From Squalus acanthias (lineage: Eukaryota), in contig CM059432.1 in NCBI GenBank assembly GCA_030390025.1, positions 19,780,001-19,844,000 on the forward strand: a stretch of DNA of 64,000 nucleotides, written 5' to 3'. The notes beneath the pieces are model-generated. The model did not search any database. It saw nothing but the letters and a program-made list of their open reading frames with translations, and was not told the origin of the DNA. The position numbers and the translations under genes are program-made. This document shows, piece after piece, positions 1 to 11,008 of this stretch; within the stretch, counting starts at the first letter, position 1, and each line of letters opens with the position of its first letter.

Positions 1-508
1 AAGGCTGCAGTTTTTGACAGTACCACGGCTTTTCTGCTTTCTGTGCCGGTGAGATTTCTGACTCCCGAGAACTGAAGGGCTGACACCTGCAGGAGGAAGT
101 TAAGGTAAGTGAAACTTTTTCCCACACTTAGCACTTACCTTACACACTTACCTCTGCACACATGCACCCATCACTCACCTGCCCACCGGACATATCGACC
201 CCTCCAACCCCTGCAGACCCATGGTCCGCCCCGATAACTTGGCGTGGTTGCCACCTGTCGGAGAGCCCACATTTCAGGCATAAAAATAGGGATTAGACAA
301 AAAACTGCCTGTTAGCAACCTGCTAACAGGCAGTTTATTGCCACTAATCGCCTTCCCGCCTCGGGGAGTCGGGTCTCAGTACAGGTCGGGTACCCGCCGC
401 CAGCGAAACTGGCATGGAGGCGGGATGGGGTCGGGACCCCCGAATCTGCAACTTTAACCCCCCACACGCCTCCAAACCCGACTTCACGGGTCATTGAAAA
501 TCCAGCCC
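1..508. mobile_element. Right part of a non-autonomous Harbinger-like element cut by the window start
   Basis: GC-rich tract ending ...tgaaaatccagccc (reverse complement GGGCTGGATTTT), the same terminal pattern as other Harbinger-type ends in this window. Confidence 0.4.
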
Positions 509-1159
509 ACCGTCTCTTTTCATGACAACTCAGGATGGGCAATAAACATATCATCGTTCGCATCCAAAGAAATAAGAAAACACACTGGGAAGCCATTATT
601 AGTCGTCAAGTTCATCTTAATTTGTTTTTTGTATAAAACATCACAAATACGGTAAATCATGGTTTTTTCTGAGGTAAATTTAAAAGCAAAAATGGTATAA
701 ACTAGGGAATAGATCTCCCACAAATACAGTCAGCAAGAACACAAATACAACTGAGGAGAAAGCTACCAAGTGATGAAGAAGCGGGTCTTTATATGTTGTC
801 ATCTGTTCCAAATTGTTAGAGCAGCTGCCTTTCTCGTATTTGTTTATTCTGAGAACTCAAAAACAATCATTTACATATTCACAGTAACAAGCACTGGAAG
901 GACTGTAGCATTATTCAAGTTTGGGCAGATGTTGTGACTGTAAGTCCTGATTTAAATGTAGAACGAAATAGAGTATTTTGGTAGCACTAGGCACTGTTGC
1001 AGAGATAAAGAAAAAAAATGTAAATACAATGAGCTACTTCCCTGTAATTCATGCAGAAGTGTATGTAAGTATGGTTTTGATTTAGCTACCTAGAGTAATG
1101 AAGGAAAACACTGTTTATTTTCCAGGGAACAAGCAAAAAATATTTACTGGAGTGTGTCT

Positions 1160-1772
1160 GAACATAAGAACATAAGAAACAGGAGCAGGAGTAGGCCAAT
1201 CGGCCCCTCGAGCCTGCTCCGCCATTCAATAAGATCATGGCTGATCCAATCTTGGCCTCAACACCACTTTCCCGTTCTCTCCCCATACCCCTTGACTCCC
1301 TTGTAGTTCAAATATCTGTCAATCTCCGCCTTGAATATATTCAGTGACTCCGCCTCCACAGCTCTCCGGGGTAGAGAATTCCAAAGATTCACGACCCTCT
1401 GAGAGAAGAAATTCCTCCTCATCTCCGTCTTAAATGGGCGACCCCTTATTCTGAAACTATGCCCCTAGTTCTAGATACCCCCACGAGGGGAAACATCCTC
1501 TCAGCATCACCCTGTCAATCCCCCTCAGAATCTTATATGTTTCAATAAGGTCACCTCTCATTCTTCTAAACTCCAATGAGTATAGGCTCAACCTGCTCAA
1601 CCTTTCGTCATACGTCAACCCCTTCATCCCAGGAATCAACCTAGTGAACCTTCTCTGTACTGCCTCCAATGCAAGTATATCCTTCCTTAAATATGGAGAC
1701 CAAAACTGTACACAGTACTCCAGGTGCGGTCTCACCAGCGCCCTGTAAAGTTGCATCCAAACTTCCCTACTT
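1160..1772 (-). mobile_element. CR1 (HER1-like) LINE, 5'-truncated 3' fragment
   Basis: ORF 1457-1783 LYRALVRPHLEYCVQFWSPY...RGDLIETYKI is a CR1 ORF2 C-terminus; 3' tail with (GAACATAA)n on +. Confidence 0.9.
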
Positions 1773-2221
1773 TTGGGCGGCATTGTTTACAAATTTCTTT
1801 GGAAATTCTTTCCGTGGAATTGTGCACCTCCCTCTTTGTAACAGCATAACATCTGACAATGTGAGTAACACCACAGATAATCTGCTATGTTTAGTAATAA
1901 AGTAATATAAACAGTGCTCTTCCAGTACTTTCCTCTAACTCAGCACTTCAAACATCTGAAAGTGTGTTACTGTGGGGTTTTTTTTATTATCAGTGCAGTG
2001 GTTTGACCAAAGGATTTGTTCTTCCTCGGTGTACAACTGTATTCCTTAAATTGTCTACCAAAGTGTTCATCTGGTTACGAGTAAAATTTAATGCCTGCAA
2101 AAAATCTGAGTGCGGCCCCCTAAACAGCAATAAACTGCTCACTGCAGTCCTCAAGCACTGTGATTGTCTAAACTGAGAGGTCGCACAACACCAGGTTATA
2201 GTCCAACAGTTTTATTTGAAA

Positions 2222-2263
2222 TCACAAGCTTTCGGAGCTATCGATTGCTCCTTCCTCAGGTGA
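2222..2263 (-). ncRNA. Minimal type I hammerhead ribozyme in the Penelope pseudo-LTR (copy 1)
   Basis: UCAC-CUGAGGA-A-GGAGC(AAUCGAUA)GCUCC-GAAA-G-CUU-GUGA: core boxes, stem II, helix I UCAC/GUGA, palindromic AAGCUU in place of stem III. Confidence 0.85.
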
Positions 2264-2595
2264 AGTAAATTAGATACAGAATCGCCAAAGCATATATAGA
2301 TAGAAAACAAAGGATGTGTACCTTACAATTGCAGACCACTAAATTAAATCATCCTGACTATCTGCCGAGGTGTGATAAAGTTAATTAAGTCAGCCAGGAA
2401 GGTACCACATCAAAGTCAATACAAGATACAACTGAGACAATGAGGTGTAGTCGCAGGGGTTCTAACGTGTCAAAAGCTGCCGTCTGTATGTAAAACGAAA
2501 AGCTTTACAAAATTTTTACTTTTTTACTGGGAACATTTTTACTTTTTTACTGGGAATCACATCTGTGAACAAGCTAACGACGACTCGAGTCCGGA

Positions 2596-5274
2596 TCACG
2601 TCATGTATCGTGACATAAACCCAAGATCCCGATTGAGACCGTCTTCATGAGTGCGGAACTTGGCTATCAGTTTCTGCTCGATGATTTTGCGTTGTCGTGT
2701 GTTTCTAAGGTTGCCTTGGAGAACGCTTACCCGCAGATCCGAGGCTGAATGTCCTTGACTGCTGAAGTGTTCCCCGACTGGGAGGTAACAAACCTGCCTG
2801 GCGATTGTTGCGCGGTGCTCGTTCATACGTTGTCTCAGTGTCTGCATGGTCTCGCCGATGTACCATGCCGCGGTGCATTCTTTCCTGCAACGTATGAGGT
2901 AGACAACGTTGGCCGAGTCACATGAGTATGTACCATGTACCTGGTGGGTAGTGTCCTCACGTGTGATGGTGGTATCTGTGTTGATGATCTGGCATGTCTT
3001 GCAGAGTTTGCCATGGCAGGGTTGTGTGGTGTCGTGGTCGCTGTTATCCTGAAAGCTGGGTAATTTGCTGCGAACGATGGTACTTCTGAGGTTAGGCGGC
3101 TGTTTGAAGGCAAGTAGTGGAGGCGTGGGGATGGCCTTAGCGAGGTGTTTGTCATCATCGATGACAGGTTGAAGGCTGCGAAGAACATGGCGTAGTTTCT
3201 CCGCTCCGGGGAAGTACTGGACGACGTAGGGTACCCTGTTGGTTGTGTCGCGTGTTTGCCTTCTGAGGAGGTCTATGCGATTTTTCGCTGTGGCCCGTCG
3301 GAACTGTCGATCGATGAGTCGAGCGTCATATCCCGTTCTTACGAGGGCGTTTTTCAGCGTCCGTAGGTGTCCATCGCGTTCCTCCTCGTCTGAGCAGATC
3401 CTGTGTATTCGCAGGGCTTGTCCATAGGGGATGGCTTCTTTAACATGGTTAGGGTGGAAGCTGGAGAAGTGGAGCATCGTGAGGTTGTCCGTGGGCTTGC
3501 GGTAGAGTGAAGTGCTGAGGTGTCCGTCTTTGATGGAGATTCGTGTGTCCAGGAATTAGACCGATTCTGAGGAGTAGTCCATGGTGAGTTTGATGGTGGG
3601 ATGGAACTTGTTTATGTTATCGTGTAGTCTTTTCAGTGATCCTTCGCCATGGGTCCAAAGGAAGAAAATGTCGTCGATGTATCTGGTGTACAGCGTTGGC
3701 TGGAGGTCCTGTGCAGCGAAGAAGTCTTGCTCGAACTTGTGCATGATGATGTTGGCGTATTGGGGTGCGAATTTGGTCCCCATGGCTGTTCCGTGTGTTT
3801 GGGTAAAAAAATGGTTGTCGAAGGTGAAGACATTGTGGTCAAGGATGAAGCGGATGAGTTGTAGGATGGCGTCTGGAGATTGGCTGTTGTTGATGTTGAG
3901 TACTGAGGCTGTTGCAGCGATGCCGTCATCGTGGGGGATACTGGTGTAGAGTGCCGATACGTCCATCGTGGCAAGGAGTGTTCCTGGTTCAACTGGTCCG
4001 TGGGTGCTGAGTTTCTGTAAGAAGTCTGTAGTGTCGCGACAGAAGCTGGGGGTTCCCTGTACGATGGGTTTCAGAATGCCCTCGACGTATCCAGAGAGGT
4101 TCTCACACAGGGTTCCATTGCCTGATACGATAGGACGTCCGGGTGTGTTGGCTTTGTGTATCTTTGGGAGGCAGTAGAAGTCTCCCACGCGGGGAGTACG
4201 TGGGATGAGAGCGCGTAGGATGTTTTGAAGGTCTGGATCGAAGGTCTTGATCAGTCTATTGAGTTGGCGGGTGTGTTCTTTGGTCGGATCTGCGGGTAGC
4301 TGTCTGTAGTGTTCCTGGTTGTCCAGTTGTCGGTATGCTTCTTTACAATCGTCCGTTCTGTTCTGTATGACGATGGCTCCTCCTTTGTCCGCTGGTTTGA
4401 TGACAATGTTGCGGTTGGTCTTGAGAGCGTGGATGGCGTTGCGTTGGGCTCGGGTGACATTCTGGACTGTCTTGTGAGTGCGGCTGATGAATCTGGCGTT
4501 GATGCATCTCCTGACAGCTTGAGCATACATGTCAAGCTTGGGGCAGCGACCCTCCGGAGGGGTCCAGTTTGACCCTTTTTTCTTCGGTTGCTGCACTGTG
4601 AGTCCCTCTGTCTGCTGTTCTGGATCATTGATTGTCTCATTGGGTTTGTTGCTGACATCTTGGGATTTGTGGAAGTATTCCCGGAGCCTCATTCTCCTGA
4701 TGAATTCCTCCATGTCTGCCGCGAGACCGATGGGGTCCATTTTGGTGGTTGGGCAGAACTTGAGCCCTAGGGCGAGAACTTCGATTTCGTCTGGTTGAAG
4801 GGTATGGTCGGACAAGTTGACGATGGACTTCCCTGTGGTTGCAGCCGTGGTACCGGGGGAGGCTTGGTTGCTGCTGGTGGTGATGCCGAGTTTCTCAAGC
4901 TTCCTGTTCTTGATGCGCATGTAGGCAGCGTAGTTCCGTTGCCTCGTCTGTTTGGTGGTGTCTCGTAACTGGTCTGCTGTGTCCTGAGCACAGGCTGAGA
5001 GCATGGACTCTATCTTGGTTTCGAGGTTGTGGCGTTTGCTGTAGAGCTGGTGTACGAGATGGTTGAGGAGTGTGCGAGAGGTACGACGGCAGAGTCTCTC
5101 AGCGTAGTCTGTGTTGTATGTCGACTTGAGTGGGTTCGTGATCTGTAGTCCTTTCGGGATCTTGTCTGCTTTCTTGCATCTCTGTAGATACTTGATGTCG
5201 GTGTCGATATGCGCGATCTTCTTGGCGATTCTCTCCAATTTGAGCCGGCAGTTTGTGGTGTCGATAGTGGTCAT
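2596..5274 (-). pseudogene. Penelope-like RT + GIY-YIG ORF, full length (~892 codons) with one premature stop
   Basis: ATG at 5274 (MTTIDTT...); RT motifs TMDVSALYTSIP, GTAMG, RYIDD; Cys-rich linker CHGKLCKTC; VVYLIRC...WYIGET endonuclease; TCA>TAA at 3556-3558 relative to the other arm. Confidence 0.93.
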
Positions 5275-5361
5275 GATGCGGAGATGCCGGTGTTGGACTG
5301 GGGTGGACAAAATTGAGAGGTCGCACAACACCAGGTTATAGTCCAACAGTTTTATTTGAAA

Positions 5362-5403
5362 TCACAAGCTTTCGGAGCTATCGAGTGCTCCTTCCTCAGG
5401 TGA
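5362..5403 (-). ncRNA. Minimal type I hammerhead ribozyme in the partial 5' pseudo-LTR (copy 2)
   Basis: Same core as copy 1 with loop II ACUCGAUA; lies 3140 nt upstream of copy 1 on the same strand. Confidence 0.85.
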
Positions 5404-5482
5404 AGTAAATTAGATACAGAATCGCCATCTCGTACACCAGCTCTACAGCAAACGCCACAACCTCGAAACCAAGATAGAGTCC

Positions 5483-7891
5483 ATGCTCTCAGCCTGTGCT
5501 CAGGACACAGCAGACCAGTTACGAGACACCACCAAACAGACGAGGCAACGGAACTACGCTGCCTACATGCGCATCAAGAACAGGAAGCTTGAGAAACTCG
5601 GCATCACCACCAGCAGCAACCAAGCCTCCCCCAGTACCACGGCTGCAACCACAGGGAAGTCCATCGTCAACTTGTCCGACCATACCCTTCAACCAGACGA
5701 AATCGAAGTTCTCGCCCTAGGGCTCAAGTTCTGCCCAACCACCAAAATGGACCCCATCGGTCTCGCGGCAGACATGGAGGAATTCATCAGGAGAATGAGG
5801 CTCCGGGAATACTTCCACAAATCCCAAGATGTCAGCAACAAACCCAATGAGACAATCAATGATCCAGAACAGCAGACAGAGGGACTCACAGTGCAGCAAC
5901 CGAAGAAAAAAGAGTCAAACTGGACCCCTCCGGAGGGTCGCTGCCCCAAGCTTGACATGTATGCTCAAGCTGTCAGGAGATGCATCAACGCCAGATTCAT
6001 CAGCCGCACTCACAAGACAGTCCAGAATGTCACCCGAGCACAACGCAACGCCATCCACGCTCTCAAGACCAACCGCAACATTGTCATCAAACCAGCGGAC
6101 AAAGGAGGAGCCATCGTCATACAGAACAGAACGGACGATTGTAAAGAAGCATACCGACAACTGGACAACCAGGAACACTACAGACAGCTACCCGCAGATC
6201 CGACCAAAGAACACACCCGCCAACTCAATAGACTGATCAAGACCTTCGATCCAGACCTTCAAAACATCCTACGCGCTCTCATCCCACGTACTCCCCGCGT
6301 GGGAGACTTCTGCTGCCTCCCAAAGATACACAAAGCCAACACACCCGGACGTCCTATCGTATCAGGCAATGGAACCCTGTGTGAGAACCTCTCTGGATAC
6401 GTCGAGGGCATTCTGAAACCCATCGTACAGGGAACCCCCAGCTTCTGTCGCGACACTACAGACTTCTTACAGAAACTCAGCACCCACGGACCAGTTGAAC
6501 CAGGAACACTCCTTGCCACGATGGACGTATCGGCACTCTACACCAGTATCCCCCACGATGACGGCATCGCTGCAACAGCCTCAGTACTCAACATCAACAA
6601 CAGCCAATCTCCAGACGCCATCCTACAACTCATCCGCTTCATCCTTGACCACAATGTCTTCACCTTTGACAACCATTTTTTTACCCAAACACACGGAACA
6701 GCCAAGGGGACCAAATTCGCACCCCAATACGCCAACATCTTCATGCACAAGTTCGAGCAAGACTTCTTCGCTGCACAGGACCTCCAGCCAACGCTGTACA
6801 CCAGATACATCGACGACATTTTCTTCCTTTGGACCCATGGCGAAGGATCACTGAAAAGACTACACGATAACATAAACAAGTTCCATCCCACCATCAAACT
6901 CACCATGGACTACTCCTCAGAATCGGTCTCATTCCTGGACACACGAATCTCCATCAAAGACGGACACCTCAGCACTTCACTCTACCGCAAGCCCACGGAC
7001 AACCTCACGATGCTCCACTTCTCCAGCTTCCACCCTAACCATGTTAAAGAAGCCATCCCCTATGGACAAGCCCTGCGAATACACAGGATCTGCTCAGACG
7101 AGGAGGAACGCGATGGACACCTACGGACGCTGAAAAACGCCCTCGTAAGAACGGGATATGACGCTCGACTCATCGATCGACAGTTCCGACGGGCCACAGC
7201 GAAAAATCGCATAGACCTCCTCAGAAGGCAAACACGGGACACAACCAACAGGGTACCCTACGTCGTCCAGTACTTCCCCGGAGCGGAGAAACTACGCCAT
7301 GTTCTTCGCAGCCTTCAACATGTCATCGATGACGACAAACACCTCGCTAAGGCCATCCCCACGCCTCCACTACTTGCCTTCAAACAGCCGCCTAACCTCA
7401 GAAGTACCATCGTTCGCAGCAAATTACCCAGCTTTCAGGAGAACAGCGACCACGACACCACACAACCCTGCCATGGCAAACTCTGCAAGACATGCCAGAT
7501 CATCAACACAGATACCACCATCACACGTGAGGACACTACCCACCAGGTACATGGTACATACTCATGTGACTTGGCCAACGTTGTCTACCTCATACGTTGC
7601 AGGAAAGAATGCACCGCGACATGGTACATCGGCGAGACCATGCAGACACTGAGACAACGTATGAACGAGCACCGCGCAACAATCGCCAGGCAGGTTTGTT
7701 ACCTCCCAGTCGGGGAACACTTCAGCAGTCAAGGACATTCAGCCTCGGATCTGCGGGTAAGCGTTCTCCAAGGCAACCTTAGAAACACACGACAACGCAA
7801 AATCATCGAGCAGAAACTGATAGCCAAGTTCCGCACTCATGAAGACGGTCTCAATCGGGATCTTGGGTTTATGTCACGATACATGACGTGA
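5483..7891 (+). CDS. Penelope-like RT + GIY-YIG ORF, uninterrupted 802 aa but missing the N-terminus
   Basis: Same protein as the - arm; the copy starts ~70 codons into the ORF; GTAMG motif changed to GTAKG. Confidence 0.9.
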   Translation: MLSACAQDTADQLRDTTKQTRQRNYAAYMRIKNRKLEKLGITTSSNQASPSTTAATTGKSIVNLSDHTLQPDEIEVLALGLKFCPTTKMDPIGLAADMEEFIRRMRLREYFHKSQDVSNKPNETINDPEQQTEGLTVQQPKKKESNWTPPEGRCPKLDMYAQAVRRCINARFISRTHKTVQNVTRAQRNAIHALKTNRNIVIKPADKGGAIVIQNRTDDCKEAYRQLDNQEHYRQLPADPTKEHTRQLNRLIKTFDPDLQNILRALIPRTPRVGDFCCLPKIHKANTPGRPIVSGNGTLCENLSGYVEGILKPIVQGTPSFCRDTTDFLQKLSTHGPVEPGTLLATMDVSALYTSIPHDDGIAATASVLNINNSQSPDAILQLIRFILDHNVFTFDNHFFTQTHGTAKGTKFAPQYANIFMHKFEQDFFAAQDLQPTLYTRYIDDIFFLWTHGEGSLKRLHDNINKFHPTIKLTMDYSSESVSFLDTRISIKDGHLSTSLYRKPTDNLTMLHFSSFHPNHVKEAIPYGQALRIHRICSDEEERDGHLRTLKNALVRTGYDARLIDRQFRRATAKNRIDLLRRQTRDTTNRVPYVVQYFPGAEKLRHVLRSLQHVIDDDKHLAKAIPTPPLLAFKQPPNLRSTIVRSKLPSFQENSDHDTTQPCHGKLCKTCQIINTDTTITREDTTHQVHGTYSCDLANVVYLIRCRKECTATWYIGETMQTLRQRMNEHRATIARQVCYLPVGEHFSSQGHSASDLRVSVLQGNLRNTRQRKIIEQKLIAKFRTHEDGLNRDLGFMSRYMT

Positions 7892-8223
7892 TCCGGACTC
7901 GAGTCGTCGTTAGCTTGTTCACAGATGTGATTCCCAGTAAAAAAGTAAAAATTTTCCCAGTAAAAAAGTAATTTTTTTTTAAAGCTTTTCGTTTTACATA
8001 CAGACGGCAGCTTTTTACACGTTAGAACCCCTGCGACTACACCTCATTGTCTCAGTTGTATCTTGCTATGTCTTTGATGTGGTACCTTCCTGGCTGACTT
8101 AATTAACTTTATCACACCTCGGCAGATAGTCAGGATGATTTAATTTAGTGGTCTGCAATTGTAAAGTACACATGCTTTTTTTTCCATCTATATATGCTCT
8201 GACGATTCTGTATCCAATTTACT

Positions 8224-8261
8224 TCACCTGAGGAAGGAGCGATAGTTCCGAAAGCTTGTGA
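8224..8261 (+). ncRNA. Minimal type I hammerhead ribozyme in the 3' pseudo-LTR of the + arm (copy 3)
   Basis: UCAC-CUGAGGA-A-GGAGC(GAUA)GUUCC-GAAA-G-CUU-GUGA; AATAAA at 8267-8272 and TATATAT at 8189-8195 nearby. Confidence 0.85.
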
Positions 8262-8559
8262 TTTCAAATAAAACTGTTGGACTATAACCTGGTGTTGTGC
8301 GACCTCTCAATTTTGTCCACCCCAGTCCAACACCGGCATCTCCGCATTGTCTAAACTGCCATGAACTAAGTAAAACTTTTTTTTTTTAAGAGTTTTGGCT
8401 AACACTCAGAGAAGGAATTTACTCACTCTATCTCAAGGCATTATACAGTACATGAAGAAAAGTCTATTTTATGTAGGTAACATTAACTGCCTTTATTTTC
8501 CCCACTTCAGTCTTGTCCTTGTTTGCAGTGTGCAGCTTGATGACTGTAAGTCATTTTAA

Positions 8560-9138
8560 AAGCCATAATATACGACAGGTAAATTAAGAGCTCCAGTTCC
8601 CTCCTGGAGCGCAACAGGCAGCAGGCGGGGCGGTAGGTGAGCAGCGCTGTACAATGGGCCGGGCAGCGCATCCGTGTTGGAAGGCTCCTTCCCTCCCTTA
8701 AAGGGAAGGGCCATCGCTGCGGGCTCTGCAGGGGGAAAACTTACCTTAGCTGCAGCAGAGAGCCGGGCTAATTTTTTTTTTTCCTTTGTCTTCGCCAGCG
8801 AACACAAAGGAAAAAAAGAGAAAGAGCATTTCAGAATTTTCTTTACTTACTGCGTCCACCTCGCCTTTAAGCATCGCCCCCGAAGTGCCCGGCCTCCCGA
8901 TGAACGCCTCCTGCAACTGCCGGTGTTTTCGCCCGGCGATGCTGCAGAGGGCGGAACTGAAGTTTGGGTCCGGGGCACTACCGGGTGCAGGAGATCGTGG
9001 CGCTAGGGCTTACCGATGCCGCAAACCGGCAGGTGAATTTCGCGGGCGGCGGTAACATCGCTGCACCTGGGCGATAAGTCATTAGTGCCCCATTATCGCC
9101 ACCACCCTGGAGCCGCTAACCAACCGAATTTCTCCCCC
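8560..9138. mobile_element. Harbinger-type MITE fragment
   Basis: Ends ...ccgaatttctccccc; last ~150 nt resemble 35330-35493. Confidence 0.6.
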
Positions 9139-9399
9139 ATAATGTCAGCAACGGGTGCTTACAAGAGTTTCCAACAATATTGTTCTGCACATAAGCAAAA
9201 GTTTTTAATTAAAGATAAGGAAAGTTTAATGTGAGTAGGTTTTCTTCAAAATAGTCAGGTGTATATATAATATACGCACACACACATTCCTTAATGCTTA
9301 CAAGCAAATACATCAATTGTTCTCCTCCAACAGAAGCCTGCTGCTTAGGGTCTCTTTCACTCCATAGCTGCTTTATTGTTGTCACTGCTGGATCCCAGA

Positions 9400-9812
9400 G
9401 CAACCCCATCCACCACCTCAAACATTCACTCCCTCCACCACCGGCGTACCGTGGCTGCAGTGTGTACCATCTACAAGATGCACTGCAGCAATTCGCCAAG
9501 GCTTCTTCGGCAGCACCTCCCAAACCCGCGACCTCTTCCACCTAGAAGGACAAGGGCAGCAGGCGCATGGGAACACCACCACCGCCAAGTTCCCCTCCAA
9601 GTCACACATCATCCTGACTTGGAAATATATCGCCGCTCCTTCATCGTCGCTGGGTCAAAATCCTGGAACTCCCTCCCTAACAGCACTGTGGGAGTACCTT
9701 CACCACACGGACTGCAGCGGTTCACCACCACCTTCTCAAGGGCAATTATGGATGGGCAATAAATGCTGGCCTTGCCAGCGACGCCCACATCCCATAAACA
9801 GATTTAAAAAAA
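9400..9812 (+). mobile_element. Second LINE family (CR1/L2 group), 3' fragment
   Basis: NIHSLHHRRTVAAVCTIYKMHC...RSFIVAGSKSWNSLP; tail GGGCAATAAATGCTGGCCTTGCCAGCGACGCCCAC followed by an A-rich end; same family as 48302-49228 and 55865-58364. Confidence 0.85.
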
Positions 9813-10646
9813 TGTTTTTAATGATGGACTGAGATAGACTAATCTAGAGGCTACCTGACACTGGGAAAATACCCATCAATAAAGTATGCAGCAGCAGTCA
9901 AACAAGGAGCATCTTTGCCCAGGATTGAATGGGTCTAGATTGATGCCAAGGCCAGTTTAAAGTTACGGCTCCATTAAAATGAGTAGAGGTTCTTGGTAGC
10001 TCCTTGCCGTCGGTGGGCTGAATGTAAGCAAACCTGGAATGGTGGCTCTCCTTTTAGTCACATGGTTCGAACTGAGGTGAAATTTCACTCCACATGATAC
10101 ATCCTGAGTTATGTTTTCCAGCCGGCGGGATTATTTCTCACACTGTGTGTGACATTTCAATTTTGATATTTAAACCAGTCCTTAATACATGTAAATGCTA
10201 GTGTGCTGCTGCACACAATTTCTCTTCATTCACAACGGCATCCCACCATGTGCTCAACCTGGGTGTTAAGATTCTTCTGTAAAATTTTATTTTGGCACCA
10301 GAACGTGGAATGTTTCTGTGCAAAAAATTATAAGCCTTGCAGCAGAAGAAGAGCGGACGTGGACAGGGGCTCTTCCCATGTAAACCCAGCTCAGGGAGTG
10401 ACAACAATCTAAAGTATGCCATGGAGTCATGTACCAGGTTGTCAATTTAAAAGTAATGATGGGGGTTACTTTGAAAGTGTCCCAATTGCATTCATTTATG
10501 GTTCATTTACAAAATGAAAGATATCGGCAGGCACCAGACTGAACTGCTCACACCCGCCCTTATGCTACCAGCTGTATCCTCATACCCTTTGCTGCCAATG
10601 ACTGGTAAGAATCGTCTCTGGAGGCTCTTGGTCAACACAAAGCCAG

Positions 10647-11008
10647 ATAAGAACATAAGAAATAGGAGCAGGAGTAGGCCATTCGGCCCCTCGAGCCTGC
10701 TCCGCCATTCAATAAGATATTGGCTGATCTGATCTTGGCCTCAACTCCATTTTCCTGCCTGTTCCCCATAACCCTCGACTCCCCTGTAGCTCAAAAATCT
10801 GTCGATCTCAGCCTTGAATATATTCAATGACTTCACCTCCACAGCTCTCTGGGGTAGAGAATTCCAAAGATTCACGATGCTCTGAGAGAAGAAATTCCTC
10901 CTCATCTCCGTCTTAAATGGGCGATCCCTTATCTAGATTCCCCTACGAGGGGAAACATCCTCTCAGCATCTACCCTGTCAAGCCCCCTCAGAATCTTACA
11001 TGTTTCAA
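10647..11008 (-). mobile_element. CR1 (HER1-like) 3' fragment
   Basis: Closely similar to 1160-1550, including the tail repeat. Confidence 0.85.

Larger units (their letters stand above)
2174..8347. mobile_element. Composite inverted Penelope-like element (Penelope/Poseidon type): full-length copy on - plus 5'-truncated copy on +
   Basis: Arms ~2174-5062 and ~5425-8309 are near-identical reverse complements; TSD ATTGTCTAAACTG at 2163-2175 and 8346-8358; CCA microhomology at the internal junction 5425-5427. Confidence 0.95.

Noticed and set aside
5275..5346. N-terminal extension of the 596-aa ORF in the track
   Set aside because: It starts at a TTG inside the pseudo-LTR; the plausible eukaryotic start is the ATG at 5274
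2705..7782. Many mirrored short ORFs overlapping the Penelope arms
   Set aside because: Alternative and antisense frames of the RT ORF, doubled by the inversion
2174..8347. Prokaryotic RT system (retron, group II intron, DGR) or telomerase
   Set aside because: RT plus C-terminal GIY-YIG, pseudo-LTRs and vertebrate repeat context identify a Penelope-like element
8490..8552. Possible small + strand exon (ag...gtaagt), also ~884-945
   Set aside because: Splice-like motifs only; no recognisable coding similarity
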